This document shows positions 55,835 through 64,000 of a stretch of 64,000 bases of DNA, piece after piece; the first letter of the stretch is position 1; each line of letters starts with the position of its first letter. The position numbers and the translations under genes are program-made. The notes under the pieces are model-generated. The model was not told where the DNA came from, did not search any database, and saw nothing but the letters and a program-made list of their open reading frames with translations. The stretch is taken from positions 15,762-79,761 of IMG/VR virus record IMGVR_UViG_3300032373_001170. One strand, written 5' to 3'. The stretch is from a virus. Its lineage: Duplodnaviria; Caudoviricetes.

Positions 55835-57547
55835 ATGGAAGTAGGTATAGACTGGCTTGGTAACTATAGTCGTTTCACATACGATGAACCGAAGTTGTAT
55901 TTTGCAATGCTGAAAGAGCAAGGCAAGGCGGTTCTTGACGATGAGTTTAATATCGCCCAAGAGATACAGCTAAATTTTCTACGAAGGCTTGTTATAGATT
56001 CGTTTGGTAACGGCTCACCGAACGATGGATTCAAAATTGTCGGCATTGGTTCAGCTAACGATTTTACGATCAAGGGTGGCGACGGGACAACCGAAGGGGC
56101 CGGGCGAATCTGGATAAATGGGTATCCTATCATCTTGCCATCAGATGTTAGTTATTCGGCTCAGCCCATTGCTCAATCGCCTTTAACTACGCCAGCTGGG
56201 GTCCGCGTTGATGAGGTGTATCTTGATATTTCTTTTAAAGAATACGGGCCAATTGAAGATCCTCTAATTCAAGATCCCACACTCGGAGTGGAGACATCTC
56301 GTCGCTTAAAGTTAGTGTGGGAGCTAAAGGTTGCTGAAGGCTCAGTGACGCCAGCAAGTTATGTTGATGCTAACAATATAACTCATTCGACGTACAAAGT
56401 AGCCGAGCTAAATCGCACCGCGTCAGCTAACATTGATCCTGGGATGGTTGTTGATACGAGATCTACTGGAAAGGCTGCTGATCATATTGCAGATAATACT
56501 AATCCGCATAACGTGACTGCCGCGCAAGCCGGCGCGCCTACAACGACTCAGCATGATTCGCTGGCTGCAAGTGTTGCGTCGCATACAGGTGACTCTAATA
56601 ATCCGCATGCGGTCACGAAAGCGCAGATCGGATTAAGTAACGTCACTAACGATGCCCAGCTAGCTAGTAGTAACAACTTGTCAGATCTAGCGAATGTTTC
56701 AGTAGCCCGCACTAATCTAGGAGCATCTACTGATAACACCGGAAACACGCTCGTGTTGAGGGGTGCTGGTGGGCAAATAAGCGCTTACTCTATCAATACT
56801 GATTTCATGAGCGCTGAAAGAACATCCACGATTGGTGATATTGCAACGGTATTCGGTAATAACGCAAATTACGTTGATAACCTGATGAGAATAAAAACCA
56901 CCTCTGCGGGGAAAGCCTCTCTGTCATTTTTGCAAATGTCGTCGTCAAACACATCAGACACTGAATTTAACTTTCGCAGTGATGGTAATGGATTCTGTGA
57001 CGGTTCGTGGTCAGGTGGTGGCGCCGATTTCGCGGAAAATTTCGAATGGACTGACGGCAACCCGGAAAACGAAGACAGAGTGGGCGTTACAGTTGTCTCG
57101 GATGGGCATAGGATACGAGTTGCGTTAGATACAGATAGTGCGGCAAGCATTATCGGTGCGATATCAGGGATGCCGACTGTTGTGGGTAACTCAGATATGG
57201 GTCGATGGAAAGAAAAATATATAAAGGATGACTACGGACGCTACGTTTACGAAGATGCAACTTTAATTAAATGGCTCCAAGATGGAGAAAAGTATGAATA
57301 TTTTTCCGACAGAATACCTGTCGATATAACTCCCCCTAGCCGAGTAAAAAAAGTAGCCTCAACTCGGCGAAAACTCAATCCAGAACATGATGAAAACAAA
57401 GAGTATGTGAGTCGAGAAGATCGGAAAGAGTGGGATTTCGTTGGAATTATAGGTCGAGTGAGAATTCGCAATGATCAACCGATAAATCCAAACTGGATTC
57501 GATTGAGAAGTATTTCAGAAAGCGTCAGCGAATGGTTGGTTAGGTGA
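55835..57547 (+). CDS. tail fibre/spike with a C-terminal Peptidase_G2 intramolecular-chaperone domain
   Basis: N-terminal QGKAVLDDEFN (DUF6519-like); GGADFAENFEW...IIGAIS..P.VVGN...YVSREDRKEWDFVGIIGRV. Confidence 0.8.
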   Translation: MEVGIDWLGNYSRFTYDEPKLYFAMLKEQGKAVLDDEFNIAQEIQLNFLRRLVIDSFGNGSPNDGFKIVGIGSANDFTIKGGDGTTEGAGRIWINGYPIILPSDVSYSAQPIAQSPLTTPAGVRVDEVYLDISFKEYGPIEDPLIQDPTLGVETSRRLKLVWELKVAEGSVTPASYVDANNITHSTYKVAELNRTASANIDPGMVVDTRSTGKAADHIADNTNPHNVTAAQAGAPTTTQHDSLAASVASHTGDSNNPHAVTKAQIGLSNVTNDAQLASSNNLSDLANVSVARTNLGASTDNTGNTLVLRGAGGQISAYSINTDFMSAERTSTIGDIATVFGNNANYVDNLMRIKTTSAGKASLSFLQMSSSNTSDTEFNFRSDGNGFCDGSWSGGGADFAENFEWTDGNPENEDRVGVTVVSDGHRIRVALDTDSAASIIGAISGMPTVVGNSDMGRWKEKYIKDDYGRYVYEDATLIKWLQDGEKYEYFSDRIPVDITPPSRVKKVASTRRKLNPEHDENKEYVSREDRKEWDFVGIIGRVRIRNDQPINPNWIRLRSISESVSEWLVR

Positions 57548-57609
57548 TTAAGAACCATTAATTCACGTAAAGCAAAGCATCGCTCAATTAACTATGCAGG
57601 GATAAAAAG

Positions 57610-57882
57610 ATGACAGAAACCAGCGACAATAATGAAGCCGTAAAGCAGCGTTGGCATGTCGATAAAACTATATCGCTGAGTCATATATTAACAACGGTTG
57701 CGATGATAGCGGGGTTGTTTTTCTGGGGTAGTGATGTCGAGAAACGGATTTCAGGTAACGCTTTGGCAATACAGTATCAGGAGAAATTTACGGCCGCATC
57801 TACAAAAGTAGTTGATAGTAGGTTGTCGGAAATGGCGAAAGATTTGCGGGAAATTAGAAACGCATTGGTGAAACAAAAATGA
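57610..57882 (+). CDS. holin-like single-TM protein
   Basis: WHVDKTISLSHILTT plus a TM segment; precedes the endolysin. Confidence 0.5.
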   Translation: MTETSDNNEAVKQRWHVDKTISLSHILTTVAMIAGLFFWGSDVEKRISGNALAIQYQEKFTAASTKVVDSRLSEMAKDLREIRNALVKQK

Positions 57883-58340
57883 ACCGGCATCAATTCTCGA
57901 CTGCAGTTTTAAAACCGACACTACATAAAATAGGTCTATATTCGCACGAAGCTGAAAGACTACTGATCGGAACCGCAATTCAGGAATCAAGACTCAAGTA
58001 TATCGTTCAACTCGGAGGTGGGCCGGCGTTAAGTTACTTCCAGATCGAGCCTGATACTATTCACGATATCAACGAAAATTATTTAAAGTTCCGACCTAGC
58101 TTAAAAGAAAAGGCCGATTATTTTAAAGTAGAAAATATTTCTGTTGAAGAGCAAATTGTATGGAACATGGCTTTATCGGTTGTTTATGCGAGACTGCATT
58201 ATCGACGTATCCCCGAAAAACTGCCCGATGCTGACGATTTAACGGGGCAGGCGAGGTACTGGAAAAGATATTATAACACGGCACTGGGCCGAGGTACTGA
58301 AGAAGAGTATATCGCAAACTATAGGAGAGAAATAGAATGA
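57879..58340 (+). CDS. endolysin (lysozyme/transglycosylase-like)
   Basis: LLIGTAIQES, QLGGGPALSYFQIEP.T, YWKRYYNT. Confidence 0.75.
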   Translation: MNRHQFSTAVLKPTLHKIGLYSHEAERLLIGTAIQESRLKYIVQLGGGPALSYFQIEPDTIHDINENYLKFRPSLKEKADYFKVENISVEEQIVWNMALSVVYARLHYRRIPEKLPDADDLTGQARYWKRYYNTALGRGTEEEYIANYRREIE

Positions 58341-58753
58341 ACGAAGTAGTAGAAGTAGGTCAACGACAAGATTTGACAAATGAAATAGAATCGGAAATGC
58401 GCGATTTCACCCGTCGCTCACAAAGATGGACGACTTGGTCAAACTGGATTCTGTCCCTGATAATTATCACATCATCGCTTGCAGCAATCTCGGATTCATT
58501 TGTTTTTTTCGGTGTAGACACCAAGAACACTGGATTTATTTCTGGTTTGCTATCAGTTTCTGCGGTAATACTTAGTGGTATTTTTGCGAAACTTAAATTC
58601 ACAGCTAACTCTGACGCAGCAAGAACAACGGGTGTTCGCCTAAAGATGCTCATTATTAAGCTGAAAGATCCAGAAATTTCATTCTCGCAAATATTAAAAG
58701 AGTATGTGGATATAATTGGCGCTAATGAAGTTATTAAGAAGAAACCTGATTAG
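58337..58753 (+). CDS. two-TM SLATT/DUF4231-like membrane protein
   Basis: Helix-TM-TM-helix layout. Confidence 0.45.
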   Translation: MNEVVEVGQRQDLTNEIESEMRDFTRRSQRWTTWSNWILSLIIITSSLAAISDSFVFFGVDTKNTGFISGLLSVSAVILSGIFAKLKFTANSDAARTTGVRLKMLIIKLKDPEISFSQILKEYVDIIGANEVIKKKPD

Positions 58754-58804
58754 TGAAGAAGTGTCGAGAAAAATTATTTAGATTGGATCACTGCCTTAAA
58801 CGAG

Positions 58805-58842
58805 AAAGCCGACATTTCATTTTATGAATCGTCGGCTTTTTT
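58805..58842. terminator. bidirectional terminator
   Basis: AAAGCCGAC...GTCGGCTTTTTT between convergent genes. Confidence 0.75.
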
Positions 58843-58862
58843 GCTAAAACAAATACGGCCTA

Positions 58863-59282
58863 TTAGTCACGCCTCCTATCTTTAACAGCAACACCAAATA
58901 CGGCAAGTTTGGCAATCATAGAGAGAAAGCCTATCTCGATACCGGAGTGCGGAACACCTGGTTTCATATCTTCGATTATCCAAGGAAGCAGGGCTGAGCA
59001 ATTATTGTTTCGCATGTGTTTGACTGCTTCCATGGCATACGCCTCTCCAGTGTCTATCTGTTCACTGTAATCGCCATGTGGTTTGACTGACCATAATGAA
59101 AGCCTTGATAGACCTTGATCATTAATTTCGGCTGCGAAGGATAATCCCGAAAAGTTGCTCATTGGATTTTGGTGAACGCTGTCGCTAAGAGTAAGGTCAG
59201 ATACCTTGTTTTGAAGATCGGTTTTTTTAACCACTATCTCGTTTTCTCTAACAACCACAGTTCTAGAATTCATACTACCCAT
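58863..59282 (-). CDS. paralogue of the 62166-62516 protein
   Basis: GAGGGGG RBS before ATG 59282; shares LSRLSLWSVKP...GIETGFLS. Confidence 0.7.
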   Translation of the reverse strand: MGSMNSRTVVVRENEIVVKKTDLQNKVSDLTLSDSVHQNPMSNFSGLSFAAEINDQGLSRLSLWSVKPHGDYSEQIDTGEAYAMEAVKHMRNNNCSALLPWIIEDMKPGVPHSGIEIGFLSMIAKLAVFGVAVKDRRRD

Positions 59283-59477
59283 AAAGCCATCCCCCTCAGA
59301 TAACATTACAAAGAACTGCGTAAATAATCGCAGCTGAAGACCGACACCAGAGAGTAGTACTTTAGTACTAGTTTGTTGTATTCGCTGGTTATTTAAGCTA
59401 CATAAAAAAAGTGTGGTTGTCACATACAAATATTTTATGGTTGCTTGCTGCCATTTTTGGGTTAGTTGGAGACCTAA

Positions 59478-59867
59478 ATGGGGAAAAAGATTTTAATTAT
59501 TGATGACGATCAATTATTCTTGGATCTCGTGGAAATTATCACGAGCGATCTCGGTTGGTCTGAGTTAAATACATTTACTGACCCAACAAAGGGTGTAAAG
59601 CACTTTCATAGCAATCCAGGAATGTACCACGGGGTAATTCTTGATATTTTAATGCCTGGGAAAAACGACGGAATTAAAGTCGCTAGAAAGCTAAGGGAGA
59701 AAACCCCGAGTTTACCAATAGTGTTTTTAAGTGCGTATAAAAAAGACATGTCAGATAATGTTCGGGATTCGGTTGATGAGTTAGGGAATGTCTTGTATGT
59801 AGAAAAACCGTTTCAACCCAAAGACTTAAAAATAGCGCTTGTAAAGATGTTTGGGAGGGCTGCTTAA
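59478..59867 (+). CDS. single-domain response regulator (receiver)
   Basis: ILIIDDD, VILDILMPG..DG, IVFLSAY, VEKPF. Confidence 0.92.
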   Translation: MGKKILIIDDDQLFLDLVEIITSDLGWSELNTFTDPTKGVKHFHSNPGMYHGVILDILMPGKNDGIKVARKLREKTPSLPIVFLSAYKKDMSDNVRDSVDELGNVLYVEKPFQPKDLKIALVKMFGRAA

Positions 59868-59950
59868 TATGTGTCCCTGATTGATTTGTGGGTGTAATGC
59901 TGCCTTGTTTGCGATAGAGTGTTTAGTCATATCTTTATTCTTGGGCAAAT

Positions 59951-60814
59951 ATGCAAATCTCTGATAGCAGTATTTATTCATATAGAAAAATCATTGCTCA
60001 GTTTCTGATCTTGTCATCGATTACACTAGCGTTTCCCCCAAAATTATTTGCTGGTGAAGAGTCGTGGCGAACATACACACCGATTGAAGAGCGGAAGGCA
60101 AGTAAATTATTGGGTGATTGCTCTAGTAAAAGCCATGGGAAACTTGATACAACTGTAAATATGATGTGCTTAGAGTTGGATGCAAATGGCAGATTTAACG
60201 GCTTAATTATTGATGATATTTCGATTGCAAGGTGGACTCGGTTTAGTAAATTAAGTTGGTGGGCCAAAGATGAGAATAATAGGGTCAACACCTCCCCGCC
60301 ACACTTCGGGCTTCTCGCTATATTTAGAGGAAGCACTCCATTAAAAGTAAAAGTTAAATTCAATTCTCCAGATTTTGATCAGCTAACTGGTGAAGAAAGT
60401 GAAAGGCTTTTTGAAAAAGCAGCGAATGATCTAGGGCTCATTGAGTTTGATAAAAAAAAACACTTAGACTCCAAACAAAAAGTATTTGAAAATAAAAAAA
60501 ACTTAACTAAACCGCCGTGTGATAATCTCGTATTGACTGGGTTCGCAGCTGGAAATGCTCGTCACCTTCATCAGATGTACCAAGAAGAAGACCCGCGCAA
60601 ATTAATCCCCTATAACCCCATATCTTGCACGTTCCCTACACGGCCTGGTCAGTTACATTGGTGTGACGGGTTAATTGAGCTAATGAATAAAAAGGCAGTG
60701 CTCGTCGATTGGGGTGAAGACAATCTTCAAGTAGAGGTAGAGCTTGATTTTAATATTGGTCGTCGCTCAGCATTATTGATTGTTAAGCGAGAAACTGCCA
60801 AGTGTGTCAAGTAA
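59951..60814 (+). CDS. putative exported protein
   Basis: N-terminal hydrophobic segment ending LFA; 287 aa. Confidence 0.5.
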   Translation: MQISDSSIYSYRKIIAQFLILSSITLAFPPKLFAGEESWRTYTPIEERKASKLLGDCSSKSHGKLDTTVNMMCLELDANGRFNGLIIDDISIARWTRFSKLSWWAKDENNRVNTSPPHFGLLAIFRGSTPLKVKVKFNSPDFDQLTGEESERLFEKAANDLGLIEFDKKKHLDSKQKVFENKKNLTKPPCDNLVLTGFAAGNARHLHQMYQEEDPRKLIPYNPISCTFPTRPGQLHWCDGLIELMNKKAVLVDWGEDNLQVEVELDFNIGRRSALLIVKRETAKCVK

Positions 60815-60835
60815 GATTGCGGATTTGTTAATAGC

Positions 60836-61426
60836 ATGAATAAATATAATCCTACTTATGAAGAATATCGTAACAAAGTGGTTGGGCATATAATACACGC
60901 CACACGATTCCCTCAAAAATTTACACGGTGTGATATTGAGCATTTTCATAAAATGACTTACGAGCTGCTCCAAGATGACATTCATCCAAATCAAATTGGG
61001 TCCGAGTTATTTGATGTTTTTGCTGTTGAAAATCTTGATTTTCTATCGATTGCTATTATTGCAAGTAATGGTTTTCAAGCATTTGCTATATTGAAGAAGG
61101 CGAAGGCTGAAGGAGTGACCACCGTCCGTGGATTATCTGTGCATGATGGTTGTATTGCTTGCAAGTCTGCTGTAGATAAAAAAACATATGAGGTCGATGT
61201 TTTATTGAGGGAATATGATAAAAATCTTGTTAGCAGCATTCTCCTGCCACATATTTCATGTGCGCATATGGGTAGTGAGGGTGAAGGGTGGTGCCGATGT
61301 TCGTGGGCGCTAATGTCAAACATTGACACTACTGGAGTAGACCCAGGTTTTGTCGCTTGGCTTACTAATCGTTTAAAAAATATGATTTTACTCTTCACTT
61401 TAGTGTGTCGATCCCCTCAAGCTTAA
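60836..61426 (+). CDS. hypothetical protein with a CxxC...PH...CRC metal motif
   Basis: GCIACK...LLPHISC...GWCRCSW. Confidence 0.55.
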   Translation: MNKYNPTYEEYRNKVVGHIIHATRFPQKFTRCDIEHFHKMTYELLQDDIHPNQIGSELFDVFAVENLDFLSIAIIASNGFQAFAILKKAKAEGVTTVRGLSVHDGCIACKSAVDKKTYEVDVLLREYDKNLVSSILLPHISCAHMGSEGEGWCRCSWALMSNIDTTGVDPGFVAWLTNRLKNMILLFTLVCRSPQA

Positions 61427-61435
61427 GGGGATCGA
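61408..61435. terminator. hairpin between convergent genes
   Basis: TCGATCCCCT-8nt-AGGGGATCGA. Confidence 0.55.
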
Positions 61436-61449
61436 TTAGCTTTAACTAC

Positions 61450-62163
61450 TCATGTCGCCCCTTGTGCGTTTAATAATTTAGAAAGTTTTGCCAATCCTTT
61501 CGGAGTGATTAAAACTTGCTCCACTGTTTTCTCAGAGCCATCTGGCCGCTCAACCGTAGTAACTTTATGCTCAAGTACTCTGGCTTGAAGTTTGTCCTGA
61601 TAGGCTGTCCAGTTCTTTCCGCCAGCTCTTTTGTAAATCCAGCGATATGCTCTAAGCCAGGAAAATAATTCTTTCGGCTTTATCTGCAAATCTTTTGCTG
61701 CGTTGGTAACGCACATTCCTCCATCTGAAGTGGCAATTCTATCAAGTGCTTCCGCTTTTGGTTTGAGCTTGTCACGCTCTTCTATCGCTTCGGCTGCAAG
61801 TCTTAATGCTTCTGGTAATGTGTGGGGAATTGTTTGCTGAAGGTTATAGCTTCCAGTTTTACGGATAGTTGGTAAAACCTCACCAACCACCCATTCTTCA
61901 AATGCTTCTGCGCTTGGGAGTTTTGAACGCATGATTAAGCGGTATACATCGCGTTCGGGGATGATTTTCGTTTTCTGCGTACCTCCAGATGAAGGGGTGA
62001 ACGTTTCGTTCACCCCTTTGCAGTGGTCGCGTATAGCCTTTTGTGGATTGGCGTAACCCAGTATTGCCGCTACATCCTTGGCCGCAAACCATGGCTCTCC
62101 ATCTTTCCCTTGAATAACGCGAACATTATGATTGTTGAAATTAAATGGAATAACGTTGCTCAT
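61450..62163 (-). CDS. Bro-N plus KilAC (ANT) antirepressor
   Basis: GEPWFAAKDVA.ILGY, IPERDVYRLI.RS.L..A..FE.WV...VLP.IRKTG; KPKAEA.DR, QVLITPKGL. Confidence 0.92.
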   Translation of the reverse strand: MSNVIPFNFNNHNVRVIQGKDGEPWFAAKDVAAILGYANPQKAIRDHCKGVNETFTPSSGGTQKTKIIPERDVYRLIMRSKLPSAEAFEEWVVGEVLPTIRKTGSYNLQQTIPHTLPEALRLAAEAIEERDKLKPKAEALDRIATSDGGMCVTNAAKDLQIKPKELFSWLRAYRWIYKRAGGKNWTAYQDKLQARVLEHKVTTVERPDGSEKTVEQVLITPKGLAKLSKLLNAQGAT

Positions 62164-62165
62164 AA

Positions 62166-62516
62166 TCAACTCCTTCCGGCTTTAATTGATGAGCCGAACA
62201 TTGCTAATTCGGCAATCGATGAAAGAAACCCTGTCTCGATGCCGGAGCGCGGCATCCCTGGCCTCATATCTTCGACTACCCATGAAAGCAGGGTAGTGAA
62301 ATTATTGGTTTGCATGCACTTAATAGCTTCTACCGCGTAGGCTTCACCGGTTATGATTTGCTCATGATAATTACCATTTGGCTTGACTGACCATAATGAG
62401 AGTCGTGATAGACCTTGGTTGTTAATTTTTTCTGAGAAGGGTAATTCTGAAAAATCGTACTTTGCTTGTTCTGGTGTAACTAATGGACGGATTTGTCCTG
62501 TGGTATTAGTAGACAT
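62166..62516 (-). CDS. 116-aa protein in the icd position of a C4/antirepressor locus
   Basis: GAGGG RBS before ATG 62516; coupled to the antirepressor. Confidence 0.7.
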   Translation of the reverse strand: MSTNTTGQIRPLVTPEQAKYDFSELPFSEKINNQGLSRLSLWSVKPNGNYHEQIITGEAYAVEAIKCMQTNNFTTLLSWVVEDMRPGMPRSGIETGFLSSIAELAMFGSSIKAGRS

Positions 62517-62571
62517 GATGGTGCCCTCGGGTGTTAGTTGAGAACTGCCACCAACCAAGGCGAATCGGATT

Positions 62572-62650
62572 AGGGTGGCAGGCCGTACAGGGTTCGCCTT
62601 ACCGCTCCGAGGGGCGGCCACCCGAAGGTGCCCCATACGACCTACCATAG
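62572..62650 (-). ncRNA. C4 antisense RNA (P1/P4-type)
   Basis: Minus strand ATGGTAGGTCGTATGGGGCACC-TTCG-GGTGGCC...GGCGAACCCTGTACGGCCTGCCACC; the GGCGAA loop is complementary to flanking TTCGCC targets. Confidence 0.8.
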
Positions 62651-62659
62651 AATCTACGG

Positions 62660-62730
62660 ATTTTGGGCGTAAAAAAAGCGCTTCGAGTGAGCGCCTATGC
62701 GCTCGGAAATTCAGGAGGCGAATCCTGATT
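62660..62730 (-). promoter_or_regulatory. upstream C4 target (a1b1-type)
   Basis: Hairpin TCAGGA-TTCGCC-TCCTGA and GCGCTTTTTTTACGCCC. Confidence 0.65.
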
Positions 62731-62753
62731 GCTAATTGAGTAGCAATACTCGA

Positions 62754-62783
62754 ATGGTAAACGCTCTTTTTTATCGTTGTCAA
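62754..62783 (-). promoter_or_regulatory. sigma70-like promoter of the C4 locus
   Basis: TTGACA-18nt-TACCAT. Confidence 0.7.
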
Positions 62784-62803
62784 GGTATTTTCCCTTATAA
62801 ATC

Positions 62804-62830
62804 AAGGTGGTAGTAAATAGCTACCACCTT
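62804..62830. terminator. hairpin after rdgC
   Basis: AAGGTGGTAG-7nt-CTACCACCTT. Confidence 0.55.
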
Positions 62831-62838
62831 AACTAGGC

Positions 62839-63738
62839 TTAAGTTGCGTTAACCTCTTCGCCTCCAAAAGCATCAATCAACTTAGGTATGAAGCTTTTGA
62901 GTTCCATTGCCATGACTGAAAAATCCTCATCAAACTGTGATGCGTAGTCGTCATCAGCATCCGCTTGCTCAATTATTTCATCACTGAATTTCAGTCGATT
63001 AATAGAGAAGTTATCGTCGACGACACAGGAAACACTGTCCTGCCATTTAATGGCGAGCTTTACCACTTGCTTACCCGCTGTTACGTGGCCTTGCACTTCG
63101 TCAGCCCCAAGATACTGATGTTTACAACGAATAACTCCATCATCCGCATGAAGTTCGCACTCATCGCTTATTGAAAAATCCTCGGGAATTCCTTCGCCTG
63201 AAACCCATCTTGTCATGTTTACGGCTGGCGGCAGTAGGAGGGGAATTGGGATAACGGGTAGCGTTTCGATTGAGCGACGAAGATAAACCAAAACTTCTTC
63301 CGCTCTTTTGGAGCTAGAGGCATTAACGAAAATGAGGCCATCGCTGGGGGAAATGTAAGCAAATGTCAAATTACTTTTCACGAATGCTTGAGGAAGAAGG
63401 TCTTGCACCACATCGTCTTTAATCTGGATCTTTTCTTTGCGCCTTAGCTTTCTAGATTGAGCTGCTTCGATCTCGGAAATCTTATTGTTGACTGATTCTC
63501 GAACAACACTGGCAGGAAGGATCTTTTCTTCCTTGCGAGTGCAAATCATAATATTGCCATTAGCTGCATGGGTCAATTCAACACCATGCTTGCCTAATGG
63601 CGGCACCCACCCATAACTAGCAGGCTGTAATTTTCCGCAAGGTTTGAATTGAAACTTTTTAAGCTTGGCGCTTAATTCTTCAGCTCCGAGTGTGAACGGT
63701 TGAGTGAAGCGGTACAGCTGGATATTTTTAAACCACAT
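62839..63738 (-). CDS. rdgC: recombination-associated protein RdgC
   Basis: MWFKNIQLYRF, GWVPPLG, EEKILPASVV, LLPQAF, V.KLA..W. Confidence 0.93.
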   Translation of the reverse strand: MWFKNIQLYRFTQPFTLGAEELSAKLKKFQFKPCGKLQPASYGWVPPLGKHGVELTHAANGNIMICTRKEEKILPASVVRESVNNKISEIEAAQSRKLRRKEKIQIKDDVVQDLLPQAFVKSNLTFAYISPSDGLIFVNASSSKRAEEVLVYLRRSIETLPVIPIPLLLPPAVNMTRWVSGEGIPEDFSISDECELHADDGVIRCKHQYLGADEVQGHVTAGKQVVKLAIKWQDSVSCVVDDNFSINRLKFSDEIIEQADADDDYASQFDEDFSVMAMELKSFIPKLIDAFGGEEVNAT

Positions 63739-63772
63739 GTAAATCTCCTCGATTAATATTTCCTCAATTTCT

Positions 63773-64000
63773 TTAGAAGAACCAAAGCATAAAAACAATC
63801 AAGGCAAGCATTATTAAGCAGGGGCAGCGGTATATCATGAGATAAATAATGGCTACTAACGCCTCAGAATTGCTCATGTATTCAAGTTTTGACTGCTCTT
63901 GCTTACCTGGTCTCACCGAATTCTCAGTATTGGCTGTTTCTGATTTCTGCATTTCATCCATAGCAGTTCCTAGTTTATAAACTGCGGATCTCGAATCCAT
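63773..64000 (-). CDS. partial membrane-anchored hypothetical protein
   Basis: Runs off the window; hydrophobic C-terminus. Confidence 0.4.
   Translation of the reverse strand: MDSRSAVYKLGTAMDEMQKSETANTENSVRPGKQEQSKLEYMSNSEALVAIIYLMIYRCPCLIMLALIVFMLWFF

Noticed and set aside
12437-58653. Numerous 60-140 aa antisense or alternative-frame ORFs inside the long structural genes
   Set aside because: Shadow ORFs with no RBS or motifs, overlapping well-supported CDSs.
58863-62516. Paralogue pair as a transposon terminal repeat or DGR
   Set aside because: Similarity is confined to the coding domain; there is no transposase or RT.
62166-62783. 205-aa Ash-family ORF in the track
   Set aside because: Its TTG start is the -35 box (TTGACA) and its first 89 codons run through the C4 RNA and its targets. 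The SD-led ATG at 62516 is more plausible.
1-64000. Integrase, repressor, CRISPR array, tRNA or rRNA
   Set aside because: None recognised by eye; tRNAscan and repeat finders were not run.

Overview
The whole window looks like part of one tailed-phage or prophage genome (contractile-tail myovirus). SSB, RdgC and a DnaN-like clamp point to a gammaproteobacterial host, but host and lifestyle are inferred and no integrase or repressor lies in the window. 1-11.4 kb (+): early/accessory genes (SSB, beta clamp, ASCH, DUF5131, nucleases, many small ORFs). 11.5-57.5 kb (+): terminase, portal, a fibre/decoration-like insert, MuF, putative injected head proteins (InPase-HAD, DarB-like MTase-SNF2, second SNF2), protease-scaffold-capsid, neck, sheath, tube, tape measure, baseplate and tail fibre. 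57.6-58.8 kb: lysis genes. 58.8-64 kb: accessory genes, a C4-antisense-RNA/antirepressor locus and rdgC (mostly -). Main hunt results: (1) an array of attC-like sites in the early region, inverted relative to the genes, with cross-site core matches of the kind integron cassette insertion leaves; (2) a late-promoter motif TCGTGA-N3-TANNNT; (3) a 25-aa copy of the capsid N-arm inside the prohead protease; (4) a shared hydrophobic-x-K-[S/A] processing motif in head and cargo proteins. Family names come from motifs recognised by eye; no database searches were run.
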